DNA from: an uncultured Pseudobdellovibrionaceae bacterium
GTDB lineage: Bacteria; Bdellovibrionota; Bdellovibrionia; Bdellovibrionales; UBA1609
DNA: 64,000 nucleotides
Assembly (NCBI GenBank): GCA_963803705.1
Contig: CAWDNU010000001.1
Coordinates: 429,836 to 493,835, forward strand
Reading direction: 5' to 3'
The first letter of the stretch is position 1. Each line of letters begins with the position of its first letter. The notes under the pieces are model-generated. The model was not told the DNA's origin and made no database searches. It saw only the letters and a program-made list of their open reading frames with translations. A program made the translations under genes and the position numbers. This document shows positions 9,199 through 18,592 of the stretch, in pieces.

Positions 9199-9823
9199 GT
9201 CTGCTCTTAAAGATACTTCTAATCAAACTCTCGTTATCACTACTCTTTGGATGGTAAAAGCTTTGGGGAAGTGTTTCGCTTTTTACGAATAATAACTCTT
9301 CATCTTTTTTCAAATTTGAACTTTCAACTCTAAAATTTAAACTGTTTTCCACACCCAAAAGCGCATGTGGGAGGGTCGGTGCGCCTTTAGATTTAAAAGA
9401 TCTTTGACCCATGCTATGATCTAAACCAGAAATTCCGCTTTTGGCTATTATAAATATGTGAGGCCAACCGATCTGAACCCAATATATTTTCTGATTTACT
9501 TTTTGTAACATTAAAAATTCAAATCCCTCTGAATATGAAGTTTTATTATAATTGCTGTAGATCATGTCGTTTAGGAATAATGTGGTGGTGTAGATGCGAT
9601 TTGCCATACCGCTTAAGCAAGTCAGTTTTGGAAACGGAGAGGTGACATCAAAATCTTGATTTGCAGCTAAGTATTCATTTTCACACTCGTCAAAAATTTT
9701 TTCTGTGAGTGAAGGGTCCCCGTAGCTGGTGGCCATCATAAAGAAGTTAGATTCAGCTACAAGTCGATGAGCAGGAGCAATCTGAACAAAATCCCCCCTG
9801 TAACCAATTTCAGTAAACTTCAT
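9119..9823 (-). CDS. hypothetical protein, last gene of the FHA operon (possible degenerate PP2C-like fold)
   Basis: 234-aa ORF 12 nt downstream of the preceding FHA gene; no confident family. Its 3' end overlaps the convergent gene by 80 nt. Confidence 0.5.
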   Translation of the reverse strand: MKFTEIGYRGDFVQIAPAHRLVAESNFFMMATSYGDPSLTEKIFDECENEYLAANQDFDVTSPFPKLTCLSGMANRIYTTTLFLNDMIYSNYNKTSYSEGFEFLMLQKVNQKIYWVQIGWPHIFIIAKSGISGLDHSMGQRSFKSKGAPTLPHALLGVENSLNFRVESSNLKKDEELLFVKSETLPQSFYHPKSSDNESLIRSIFKSRPSEGSWLGRLSFSDDQKAEGSIVQNL

Positions 9824-9835
9824 AAATTTTTCCTG

Positions 9836-11731
9836 TTAAATTTCTGTTTCATAGCTTTTTAATTTACTTTCGGCTTTCTGAAAATATTCTTCTTCTGGGA
9901 TGTCTCGCTCTACAATCTGTTTCCATTTTGATATAGCAGTGTGGATCTTACCTAAGTCCTCCATTAAAATGCTGTCTTGATACAAGGATCTTATTTCTAT
10001 GCGCAATAGACCTCTCGCCTCAGATTCTATTTTCACAAGTTGGGCATCAAATTCGTCAATCTTTAATCCTTTTCGTGCTGCAAGGACTGCCTCTCTGTAA
10101 TTTTCTTTCGCAAACTGTAGTTTTGATTCATCAAGAGCTTTTTTTAAAGTGCTTTCTAGGGCCGATTTGATCGAAGCTATTTCCCTAGAGGCCTTAACCC
10201 TATCATTTCCTTTGGGATCAGGGTATTTACCTTTTAAATACATACCGTACCACTTAAGAGCATCTTCCCAGTACTGCTGTTCTTTAAATTTATCACCTTT
10301 TCTTATAAGGGCTCGTCCTCGGTTAAGTCGGTCAGCGTATTTCTGCTGTCTAAGCCTAATCTCATCATTTTTTCTGTCGACTGCGTCTGCTTGATCGAAG
10401 AGCTTCGCGATCTCTTCATTTTCTGGTGAAAGTTCAATCGCTGGCTGTAAGCATAATTTTATGACATCACTTCCTTCTGTAACCTTGTCTTTGCAAGACT
10501 CTATAATTGCACTCACTTTTTCTATAATAGCCAAGCGATCTCTTTCTTGAGCTTCCATTTGGCTCTGTCTTTCCAACATCTCTAGTGCTGTTTGACATTT
10601 AACTCCGATTTCAGCAGCGTCTTGGTCATCAGGTCGTAAATCTTGGATGCGCTGGACTTCCGATAAACATAGTGACCACCTAGCCTCACCAATATATTGG
10701 ATAGCAGCAACTTTTGCGTTATCTATAATTTTGTTCTCTTCCGCACGCTGCCTCAAAGCTGCTATTTCCCTTTGAGCAGCTGATTTGTTGGAAGTTCCTG
10801 CTGGCATAAATGCAAATAGGGCAGCCAACAGAATAAAACCCGCTGTTATGCCGACTCTGACTTTCTTTTGAGGACTCCATTCGTTTAGATTAACCCAACC
10901 GTCTTTGACTTTTTTGACACCCATACCGCTATTAGTAATAGGACCATTAGCAAGATGTCCCATATCAATCGGCTTGTAGTTTTCTGGAAGATTATAAATT
11001 TGTTTTTCAACGATACTATCTTTGATTTCAAATAGTAACTTGTAGTCGTGAATTGAAATGATATCACCAGATTTGAGTTCAATTTCATTATTGGCAGGTA
11101 GTTGGTGACCATTTAAAAATGTACCATTCGAGCTTCCCAAGTCTTTAATTAAAAATTTATCATTAAGCTTGTAGACTTCGAAATGCTGTCTACTTGATTT
11201 ATCGTGATCGATAAATACATCACACGTCTTTGCTCGACCAAAAGTCCATTTATGGGCATCCATCTTGAGCTCATCAACTACACTGCCGAATTCAATTTTT
11301 TTAAAAGTTGCGACTAAATCTTGAGTACTCAAAGAAGTTTTTTCGAAATTTCCAGCATAAGTTTCTTCGGGCTGAAACTCATTAACCTGATCGTTGTCAT
11401 CTTCTTCATTTTCCAACGACTGTATTTCTATATCTTCAATTTCTTGAAGAACTTCAAAATTGTAGGGCGGTATCGAAAAGTGACCTTGCCCGATGACCTC
11501 GATGGACTTTTCACTTAGGCCGTTTACCACTAGCTTTCCTGCTTGTGATAAACGCTCCACTAGAAGCTTGTCACCCAAGTGAACTATTTTTAAATGCTGC
11601 CTAGAAATGCCGGGGAAAGATTCTAGTTTAACGTCACAAGAATCATCTCTTCCGATAACAATTTCATCACCGCTGGTAATTTTTAATTCTTGATGTGTTT
11701 CACCATCAATAAAACATTTGAGCTGAAACAT
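9836..11731 (-). CDS. membrane protein with two N-terminal FHA domains and a long C-terminal helical/TPR-like region
   Basis: FHA signatures IVIGRDDSCDVKL..SRQHLKIV and WTFGRAKTCDVFI..SSRQHFEV..DLGSSNGTFLNG. TM segment VRVGITAGFILLAALFAF. Confidence 0.8.
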   Translation of the reverse strand: MFQLKCFIDGETHQELKITSGDEIVIGRDDSCDVKLESFPGISRQHLKIVHLGDKLLVERLSQAGKLVVNGLSEKSIEVIGQGHFSIPPYNFEVLQEIEDIEIQSLENEEDDNDQVNEFQPEETYAGNFEKTSLSTQDLVATFKKIEFGSVVDELKMDAHKWTFGRAKTCDVFIDHDKSSRQHFEVYKLNDKFLIKDLGSSNGTFLNGHQLPANNEIELKSGDIISIHDYKLLFEIKDSIVEKQIYNLPENYKPIDMGHLANGPITNSGMGVKKVKDGWVNLNEWSPQKKVRVGITAGFILLAALFAFMPAGTSNKSAAQREIAALRQRAEENKIIDNAKVAAIQYIGEARWSLCLSEVQRIQDLRPDDQDAAEIGVKCQTALEMLERQSQMEAQERDRLAIIEKVSAIIESCKDKVTEGSDVIKLCLQPAIELSPENEEIAKLFDQADAVDRKNDEIRLRQQKYADRLNRGRALIRKGDKFKEQQYWEDALKWYGMYLKGKYPDPKGNDRVKASREIASIKSALESTLKKALDESKLQFAKENYREAVLAARKGLKIDEFDAQLVKIESEARGLLRIEIRSLYQDSILMEDLGKIHTAISKWKQIVERDIPEEEYFQKAESKLKSYETEI

Positions 11732-12681
11732 TAGAAGTTACCTCGTTTTTTTAAATCACATTCTAGCAGCACTTTCTTTGCTTCTCTGTAGCGCGCATTG
11801 GTCGGATCATTAAGTAGATTCATAATATTTTTCATTGATGACTTGCACACCTCAAACCGACCAGCCTGTTTATTTGCTAGCCCTCCTTTAAATTGTTTTT
11901 CCAACAGATCGTCTGAAAATTGTAAAGAAAGCCTAAGTAGTCTTCTTGCCTCTGAATGTGCAGGTTCGATTGACAAGACAGCCACAAATGCATCTCTAGC
12001 ATAGAAAAACTGCCCCCGGTCAAAGTCTCTGCGTCCTTGCACAAAAATTGATTGAGCATTACGCCCATTTTCAGTCGAAAAAATAGAGTCTTTATATTTT
12101 CTATCTAATTCTTTTATAATATCTTCAATACTGTTGATTCTTCGCTCGCTTTTCTCATTATTATCAAACGACTCGATTTTCACGCTACTACTCTTTTTTT
12201 TCACAGGCGGGGTAGTAAAGTAGTAGCCAGAACCCATAACCACTATAAACAATAGTACGTATCTGAGCCTATTTGTACCTGGTCGCAAATTATTGTCTTT
12301 CAGCTTAGGCGCTGCTTTAGGACCGTTTTCAACAAACTGCAAAACGTGATCGCCAATTTGGATCACTTCATTTTTTTTTAGCTCTACTTGCTTTGTTTTT
12401 ATCCCATTCACAAGAATAAAGTTATTTTTAGTTAGATCTTGAATAATATAAGATTGGTCTTGAAAAATTAATCGCACATGCTGTCGACTAACTTTAGAGT
12501 CATTTTTTAGTTGGATATGGTTTGATGGGTCTCTTCCAATTAAAACTTCACTAGATGATATTTGAAAAACTGCACCTCGCTCATATCCTTTATTAATTTT
12601 GATAAAGAATCGTTTTTCACTGTTATTTTGAACAATGGTGTTATTGTTTAGCTCTGAGTTTTTATGGCTTATGTTGTTCAA
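11731..12681 (-). CDS. FHA-domain membrane protein
   Basis: VLIGRDPSNHIQL..VSRQHVRLIF..DLTKNNFILVNG; TM segment LRYVLLFIVVMGSGYYF; 1-nt and 4-nt overlaps with neighbours. Confidence 0.8.
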   Translation of the reverse strand: MNNISHKNSELNNNTIVQNNSEKRFFIKINKGYERGAVFQISSSEVLIGRDPSNHIQLKNDSKVSRQHVRLIFQDQSYIIQDLTKNNFILVNGIKTKQVELKKNEVIQIGDHVLQFVENGPKAAPKLKDNNLRPGTNRLRYVLLFIVVMGSGYYFTTPPVKKKSSSVKIESFDNNEKSERRINSIEDIIKELDRKYKDSIFSTENGRNAQSIFVQGRRDFDRGQFFYARDAFVAVLSIEPAHSEARRLLRLSLQFSDDLLEKQFKGGLANKQAGRFEVCKSSMKNIMNLLNDPTNARYREAKKVLLECDLKKRGNF

Positions 12682-14249
12682 GCGTCATGCTCCACGGGGA
12701 TAAACGAAACTATATAATATGCTACTTCATGACTTCCATAAACGGCTTGCATCGCCAACTCGAAGGTGTCCCCAGAAAAATCTAGTTGATTTGATATAAT
12801 TTGGTCAGGACTCAACTTAAGTTGATCTATTAGGTCTCTTAAACTCATTTTTAAAGACTGGTCTGAAATTTGAAAAACTGTTGTTCCCTGGATATTTATT
12901 AAACCTGTACGCTCTTCGAAACCAGCATTAAATGCAGTGATTGTTTCATCGTTAGCTCGAATTGCGACTGCGGGGTAGCCAATGAGTTCGACCATATTTT
13001 GCATTTCAAAATTACGGTCTCGCTCGAAAACCTCTTCCTGTGCGGTGTCACCAACTTGTCTGTTTAAGGCGCTATTTAGGTTTGAATACAACTTTTGTAA
13101 AACAGGAAACTTAAGTTTTGTTTCCAGTTGTGCTGTTCCATTTCTTAAGTATAGGTCGACTTGTCTATTTAAAACTCGAATTGGGTAGCTTATTAATCTA
13201 GAAACAAAGAAATAAAGAATCAGTGCTACTATTAAAGACAAAGCTAGGGTTTGAACAAATAAACTTAAAGTTCTGTTAAAATCCATCATACGAGTGTCTA
13301 CGTCGTATAATACCACACCGTAATATCTAGTAGACTCAATTGATTTTTTTGGATCGTAATACTTAAAAGCTTCTATAGCTAAAATGTTCTTACTACTTAT
13401 GAATTCGATAAAAGTTTTATTATCAGCTATTTGCCGCCCTTTATGAAAGCCTTTAATTTTCGGCATCTGTCCAGCCATTCGTGCTGGAGCTACAATTTCG
13501 CCTCGAATATCCGTTATATAAGCCTGAATAACTCCCGGTTTTTGGTAAGTTGAATCAAGGTCAATTGCAGAGAAAAGACGCTTAAATAGAGGATCTTTAT
13601 TTTGGGTAATTACTTCATGAACGATATTTTGAACGTTTCTTAAACTAGACTCTTCTATACTTTCCCTTAGAATTTTCAATAAAGGTATTACAGATAGGCT
13701 TGTCGACAATACCACTACCAGTATAAAAAATAGTCCAACCACCCATTGAAAATCCATATACTCTGTCATTTTATAGATGCCTGGTAGAACGGTATTTTCA
13801 AAGTAATGATTTGTTTTTTTCTTAAAAATTTCTACTGGCGGGTCATAGGGCTGGATAATATCTGCATCATCTATATGTAGAGCTAAATCCGATACAACTT
13901 CTTCTGAATGGGTTGCTAGTTCATTTTTACCTTGAAAAAGCGCCAGCCCACCGCTCTTAGCATTTTGATCAACAACTTCTGTAACTGTATCATGAAAGCT
14001 TAACTTATCGCCGGTGTAGACTTTTGATTCGGCTATTTTAACACCGTTGATGTAGCTTCCATTTGTAGATTTTAAATCTTTCAAAATTAGCAGGTCGCCT
14101 TTTTTTTCAAGGCTTGCATGTTTCTTCGACACATTGTTGTTAGCGATAATAATATCACACTCTGGCGAGCGGCCAAGTACCGAAAGACCATCTTTTAATT
14201 GGATGACTTTACCCATTTGCTGTCCAGTTAAGATTTTAAGCGCTAACAC
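12678..14249 (-). CDS. FHA-domain sensor-like membrane protein (FHA, TM, extracytoplasmic region, TM/HAMP-like, PAS-like; no output domain)
   Basis: LSVLGRSPECDIII..VSKKHASL..DLKSTNGSYINGV; two hydrophobic segments; the C-terminal ~110 aa are PAS-like by pattern only. Confidence 0.75.
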   Translation of the reverse strand: MLALKILTGQQMGKVIQLKDGLSVLGRSPECDIIIANNNVSKKHASLEKKGDLLILKDLKSTNGSYINGVKIAESKVYTGDKLSFHDTVTEVVDQNAKSGGLALFQGKNELATHSEEVVSDLALHIDDADIIQPYDPPVEIFKKKTNHYFENTVLPGIYKMTEYMDFQWVVGLFFILVVVLSTSLSVIPLLKILRESIEESSLRNVQNIVHEVITQNKDPLFKRLFSAIDLDSTYQKPGVIQAYITDIRGEIVAPARMAGQMPKIKGFHKGRQIADNKTFIEFISSKNILAIEAFKYYDPKKSIESTRYYGVVLYDVDTRMMDFNRTLSLFVQTLALSLIVALILYFFVSRLISYPIRVLNRQVDLYLRNGTAQLETKLKFPVLQKLYSNLNSALNRQVGDTAQEEVFERDRNFEMQNMVELIGYPAVAIRANDETITAFNAGFEERTGLINIQGTTVFQISDQSLKMSLRDLIDQLKLSPDQIISNQLDFSGDTFELAMQAVYGSHEVAYYIVSFIPVEHDA

Positions 14250-14595
14250 GTAACAGATCTCCTACTTCCAAATCACCTGCTAATGATTCGGATTTAAATT
14301 CGAAGCAAGATTTAGATGTAAAACCACCCCAATTTAGTTTCCAGGGTTGAATGTTTCTCTGAATACTGGTTACTTTCAAATTTTTGTCTACGTATAAAAT
14401 ATCAATTGCAAACCTCATAAAAAAAGTGTGCACACTGTTACACCTATGAATCCATAAGCACTGATTTTTTTCTAAACTAGATCTACCAAGTAGACCTTTA
14501 GATCTTTTATAAAAAGACTTTGCGATTTCAACTTGGCTCGAAATAACACAATTCTTACTTATATTAAAAAGCGAAGCATCGGAATTCAAAGTCAC
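14236..14595 (-). CDS. DUF192 family protein
   Basis: 119 aa; CLWIHRCNSVHTFFMRFAIDILYVDKNLKV..IQPW matches the DUF192 (COG1430) pattern. Confidence 0.7.
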   Translation of the reverse strand: MTLNSDASLFNISKNCVISSQVEIAKSFYKRSKGLLGRSSLEKNQCLWIHRCNSVHTFFMRFAIDILYVDKNLKVTSIQRNIQPWKLNWGGFTSKSCFEFKSESLAGDLEVGDLLRVSA

Positions 14596-15504
14596 TTAAC
14601 CTCCACTCGAGAAACTAAGTGCTACTGGTGCAAGCACCATGATGAAAACTGCAGGCACAATAAATAGCATAATTGGAATAAGTAGGGCCTGCGATGCTTG
14701 TGCTCCTGCTTTTTCTGCCCTTACAAATCTTTCAAGTCTCATCTGAATTGACTGATCTTTTAGAACTTTTGCTATCGAAATTCCTGATTGGTCAGCGTCA
14801 GTAATAACAGCCACAAAACTTGTAATTTCTGTCAGATCAATTCTATTAGCTAAACCTTTTAGAGCATCTGATCTTGAACTTCCTAAATTGATATCTCGTA
14901 GAACAACTTGAAGTTCCATAGCTAAAATGCTTCCTTTAGCTTTTTCAGATATTCTTTGAATTGCACCAATGAAGTCCAAACCTGCTTCTGTACATAAGGC
15001 AAGAAGATCTATGAAAAATGGTAAATCCAATTGGACAGCCATATTTCTTTTCTTCTTTTCAGAGCTTGCATAAAGATGAGGAAACATAGCGCCAAAAGCT
15101 ACAACAAAGATAGCGCTGTAAAAGGGCAGTCCTAAGGCCAAAGCGAAATTTAGAGCCATTACTAAAATTGGAAAGAAGATGCCCCAGAAGATTTGAAGTC
15201 CTATAAACTCTTCGACGGTCAGCTCGTCTGCTAAACCTGAGGTGATTAATTTTTTTTCAATATTTTTTCTGTAGTTTTCGCTTTTAATTTTTTTTGTATG
15301 TTGCATAGCAAAGCTATGCACTAAGGGGCGCGAAAAATTAATAAGTGGTGATTTAGAAACTTTTGGTTCATCACCAGAGGCCCAGGCTAATGAAGAGCTC
15401 TGATCATCTGTTTTTAGAATAGTTCTGACAATAAGGTAAACACTGAAGCCAGCTAACAGTAGACCCAATATAAGAAATATGAGATTCATTGATAAACCAT
15501 CCAT
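14596..15504 (-). CDS. TadB/TadC-like type II secretion system F-domain protein
   Basis: 302 aa. N-terminal TM, central TM pair, T2SSF-like block (LDLPFFIDLLALCTEAGLDF..ISIAKVLKDQS) and C-terminal TM. No tadA or tadB neighbour. Confidence 0.75.
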   Translation of the reverse strand: MDGLSMNLIFLILGLLLAGFSVYLIVRTILKTDDQSSSLAWASGDEPKVSKSPLINFSRPLVHSFAMQHTKKIKSENYRKNIEKKLITSGLADELTVEEFIGLQIFWGIFFPILVMALNFALALGLPFYSAIFVVAFGAMFPHLYASSEKKKRNMAVQLDLPFFIDLLALCTEAGLDFIGAIQRISEKAKGSILAMELQVVLRDINLGSSRSDALKGLANRIDLTEITSFVAVITDADQSGISIAKVLKDQSIQMRLERFVRAEKAGAQASQALLIPIMLFIVPAVFIMVLAPVALSFSSGG

Positions 15505-15519
15505 AAAAGTAAGGTCCCC

Positions 15520-16137
15520 ATGCAGCTAGTTCTTGTTTCTGCTTCACCAAGACGAAGAAAAATCTTAGACAGTGCAGGTCTTAGTTTTCATACTGAGACA
15601 GTAGAAATATCGGAAATTGTTGATGAAAACCTGAATTGGGAAGACGCAGTGTCTCGAATTGCTACGGATAAACTTCAAACTTTTTTAGTTTCAGATAAGT
15701 CGTTGAAATACATAGAGTATTTGGCAATTACAGCGGACACTATGGTGTTAGTAGACAAGCAGATCTTAGGCAAACCGCAGTCTGTTCAGCAAGCCAAGGA
15801 TTTTTTAGGTCTTTTGTCTGGTCGAGAACACACGGTTATAACCGCGCTTAGCCTATATAATTCAAGATTAAAGTCTATTGATCAAATCCTTGAAAAAACA
15901 AAAGTGACTTTTTATCCCTTAAGTGACGAAGTGGTCGATACCTATATCTCTTCTGGTCAACCAATGGACAAAGCTGGGGCCTATGGGCTTCAAGATTCAG
16001 ATCACGACTTTGTTCAAAAAGTAGAGGGGTCTATCAGCAATGTAATTGGTTTTCCTATTGAAACTTTTTTAGTTTACTTAGAAAAACGTGGATTACTGCC
16101 ACTTTTCAAAAAGGATCAAGTTGGAATTAAAAAATAG
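15520..16137 (+). CDS. maf: Maf-like nucleoside triphosphate pyrophosphatase
   Basis: VLVSASPRRRKIL N-terminus and KAGAYGLQD block typical of Maf. Confidence 0.9.
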   Translation: MQLVLVSASPRRRKILDSAGLSFHTETVEISEIVDENLNWEDAVSRIATDKLQTFLVSDKSLKYIEYLAITADTMVLVDKQILGKPQSVQQAKDFLGLLSGREHTVITALSLYNSRLKSIDQILEKTKVTFYPLSDEVVDTYISSGQPMDKAGAYGLQDSDHDFVQKVEGSISNVIGFPIETFLVYLEKRGLLPLFKKDQVGIKK

Positions 16138-16813
16138 ATATGAAAAAGTGAAAGGCGAATTGGAAAAAACTTGCTCTGAAATGGCTTGTGTTAATCATAC
16201 CGATACTAAATTAATTGCGGTTTCAAAAAAGTTTTCAACTGAGAAAATTGAAGAACTTTTTAATTTTGGACAAATTAATTTTGCTGAAAACTACGTGAAT
16301 GAATTTACTGAAAAAGTTGAAAAATTAAAACACTTAGGAATAGCGTGGCATTTTATCGGCCACTTACAAACAAATAAAGTTAACAAGGTTGTGGGTTTAG
16401 CGGATTACATTCATTCTGTAGATAGTGAAAAGCTGCTGAAAAAGATTATCAGCGAATGTAAAAAAAAAGTGGTGCAACAGAAAGTGCTCTTGCAGGTAAA
16501 ATTTGGAGATGAGGAAAGCAAGCGAGGTTTTGAAATAGACCAAATTGAAAACATAATTTCTGAGTATATAAGTGATAGTAGAGTTTCAATATGTGGACTT
16601 ATGTGTATTCTTCCACTGAACATAAATGATCTAGAGAAAAAAAAATTTTTTTTACTTTTACAGAAAAAGTTTGAAACACTAAAGCTAAATTTAAATCTAC
16701 CAACTCAATTCAGAGAGCTCTCAATGGGAATGTCAGATGATTTTAGGTTGGCCATATCGGCCGGTTCGACTATGATACGTGTGGGAACTGCTATATTTGG
16801 AGCAAGACAATGA
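16121..16813 (+). CDS. yggS: YggS-family pyridoxal phosphate homeostasis protein
   Basis: LIAVSKKF (PLP lysine), HFIGHLQTNK, LSMGMSDD, RVGTAIFG motifs. Start uncertain (TTG 16121 or GTG 16088). Confidence 0.8.
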   Translation: MELKNRYEKVKGELEKTCSEMACVNHTDTKLIAVSKKFSTEKIEELFNFGQINFAENYVNEFTEKVEKLKHLGIAWHFIGHLQTNKVNKVVGLADYIHSVDSEKLLKKIISECKKKVVQQKVLLQVKFGDEESKRGFEIDQIENIISEYISDSRVSICGLMCILPLNINDLEKKKFFLLLQKKFETLKLNLNLPTQFRELSMGMSDDFRLAISAGSTMIRVGTAIFGARQ

Positions 16814-17676
16814 TCAGTGAGGTACGCGCTAAGGTGACTATCAGCCCCTTTTTGAATTCAAAAAGATTAGGCTTTATAGGGGCAGGAAATATGACTTCGG
16901 CAGTAATCTCTGGATTAACGGCTTTGGGTAAAATTTCACCTGGAAAGGTGTTAGTTGCTAGTCGCACTCAGGGTAAAGTTACGGCATTAGAAAAAAAACT
17001 AAAAATTATCGGCTGTTCGAATGTAGATGAAGTAACAGACACTGCAGATATAATCTTTCTGTCCGTTAAGCCTCAAGACTTAGGTAGCTTGCTCGACAAT
17101 ATCGGCAAAAGTATAGACGAAACACAAACAGTGGTAAGCTTCGCGGCTGGATTTAATGTTAAACTTTTAAGAAGTTACATACCGCGAGCAGGTTCAATCA
17201 TTAGAGTGATGCCGACCACAGCTGCCAAAATCAATCAAGGAATTTTAGGTTATACTTTTGAAACCAGTGAGGGACAGGTTAAGCACGAGTCTATGATTCG
17301 GGAGATCCTTTCAGTATTGGGAACGCCAATTTACGCAGCTGATGAAGAATTATTCGACGCGTTAATGGTTGGGTGTAGTAGCGGTATCGGTTTTATTTTG
17401 GAATTTATGCAAATCTGGTCTGAGTGGTTAGAAGAAAAAGGATTTTCATCGGAAGAGTCAGCTATTATGACTTCAGAAACTTTTTTAGCAACGTCCATGT
17501 TAGCAAGCTCTTCACCTGAAACCTTTGCTAAGCTTCAAAACCAAGTGTCATCAAAAAAGGGGGTAACTGGTCAGGGGCTAGAGTCTTTTAGGGAAATGGA
17601 CCTAGACCGAACACTTAGGATCGGCTTTGAAAACGCCTTGCTTAGAAGTGCAAAGCTTACTCAAAAACCTAAATAG
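16810..17676 (+). CDS. proC: pyrroline-5-carboxylate reductase
   Basis: GFIGAGNMTSAV Rossmann motif, VKPQD, and the C-terminal SKKGVTGQGLE block typical of ProC. Confidence 0.85.
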   Translation: MISEVRAKVTISPFLNSKRLGFIGAGNMTSAVISGLTALGKISPGKVLVASRTQGKVTALEKKLKIIGCSNVDEVTDTADIIFLSVKPQDLGSLLDNIGKSIDETQTVVSFAAGFNVKLLRSYIPRAGSIIRVMPTTAAKINQGILGYTFETSEGQVKHESMIREILSVLGTPIYAADEELFDALMVGCSSGIGFILEFMQIWSEWLEEKGFSSEESAIMTSETFLATSMLASSSPETFAKLQNQVSSKKGVTGQGLESFREMDLDRTLRIGFENALLRSAKLTQKPK

Positions 17677-17843
17677 ACCTCAAGTTTTATTGCAAGCGCT
17701 AGTGATGTGATTTGCTCTATTGAATCAAAGTTTATTAGTTAAAAAAATCTTTACAGTTCATAGCGCTGACTTTACGATAGTAATAGGGACACTTGATAAT
17801 TTATTTAGGTAATTTATCAGCATCTACCATAGGTTGGTCACAT

Positions 17844-18413
17844 ATGAGATTTAATTCTGTTGATATAAACGAGAAAACTTTCAGAAAAAAGATGTTTGGA
17901 CTTGATCCTGACCAAATTTTTGATTTCCTAAGAAAACTATCTGTTGAAATGGATTTAATCACCAAAGATAAAGCGGATTTAAAAAAGCAGTGTAAAAAGC
18001 TTGAGACCGATCTTGATGAGTACCGACAGCGTGATGAGTTACTTAAAAATACGATTGCTAATGCGACCAAAATGTCTGATCGAATCAGATCGGACTCCGA
18101 CCGCGAGGCTAAGTTAATAATTAATGATGCTCACCAAAAAGCCGAAATGATTATAAGGGACGCAAAAGATTCTTTAAAAAATATTTATCATGATGTGGCA
18201 GATTTGAAGCGTGTACGCATGCAGTTTGAAAATAATTTGCGGGCGCTTATTCAATCTCATATCGCTATGCTTGAGCAAGGCAAACAAATGATGCCAGATC
18301 CCCAAGTGGACGCAGAATCTTTAAGAGCTAGAATGAGCAGCGTTGGGATGAACACTAAATCTCTGTCATCAGAAGCAGGTCAAATTATTAAAAATCATAA
18401 TTTAGACCTCTGA
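17844..18413 (+). CDS. divIVA: DivIVA-family protein
   Basis: MRFNSVDINEKTFRKKMFGLDPDQIFDFL matches the DivIVA N-terminal lipid-binding domain and is followed by coiled coil. Start moved to ATG 17844. Confidence 0.8.
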   Translation: MRFNSVDINEKTFRKKMFGLDPDQIFDFLRKLSVEMDLITKDKADLKKQCKKLETDLDEYRQRDELLKNTIANATKMSDRIRSDSDREAKLIINDAHQKAEMIIRDAKDSLKNIYHDVADLKRVRMQFENNLRALIQSHIAMLEQGKQMMPDPQVDAESLRARMSSVGMNTKSLSSEAGQIIKNHNLDL

Positions 18414-18416
18414 TAT

Positions 18417-18467
18417 CTAGGTACCAGGTTCTCTAGGTGCCAGGTTCTGCTCTAGGTGCCAGGTTCC
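18417..18467. repeat. three tandem direct repeats CTAGGTRCCAGGTTC
   Basis: ctaggtaccaggttct 18417-18432, ctaggtgccaggttct 18433-18448, ctaggtgccaggttcc 18452-18467. Confidence 0.85.
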
Positions 18468-18592
18468 GAACGCTGGTCACGCTGTGTCTATTAGAGTTAG
18501 ATTCTTAGTTTTAACTTGGTCGCTGACTAATTAGTATTTCAAATGATCAACGCTTATGCAATGAACACGTAAAAAATAAGGCCTACCCGTAT

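Noticed and set aside
18417-18467. TGGCAC (-24-like) hexamers on the minus strand of the tandem repeats
   Set aside because: There is no GC -12 element at the correct spacing, and a promoter here would fire antisense into divIVA.
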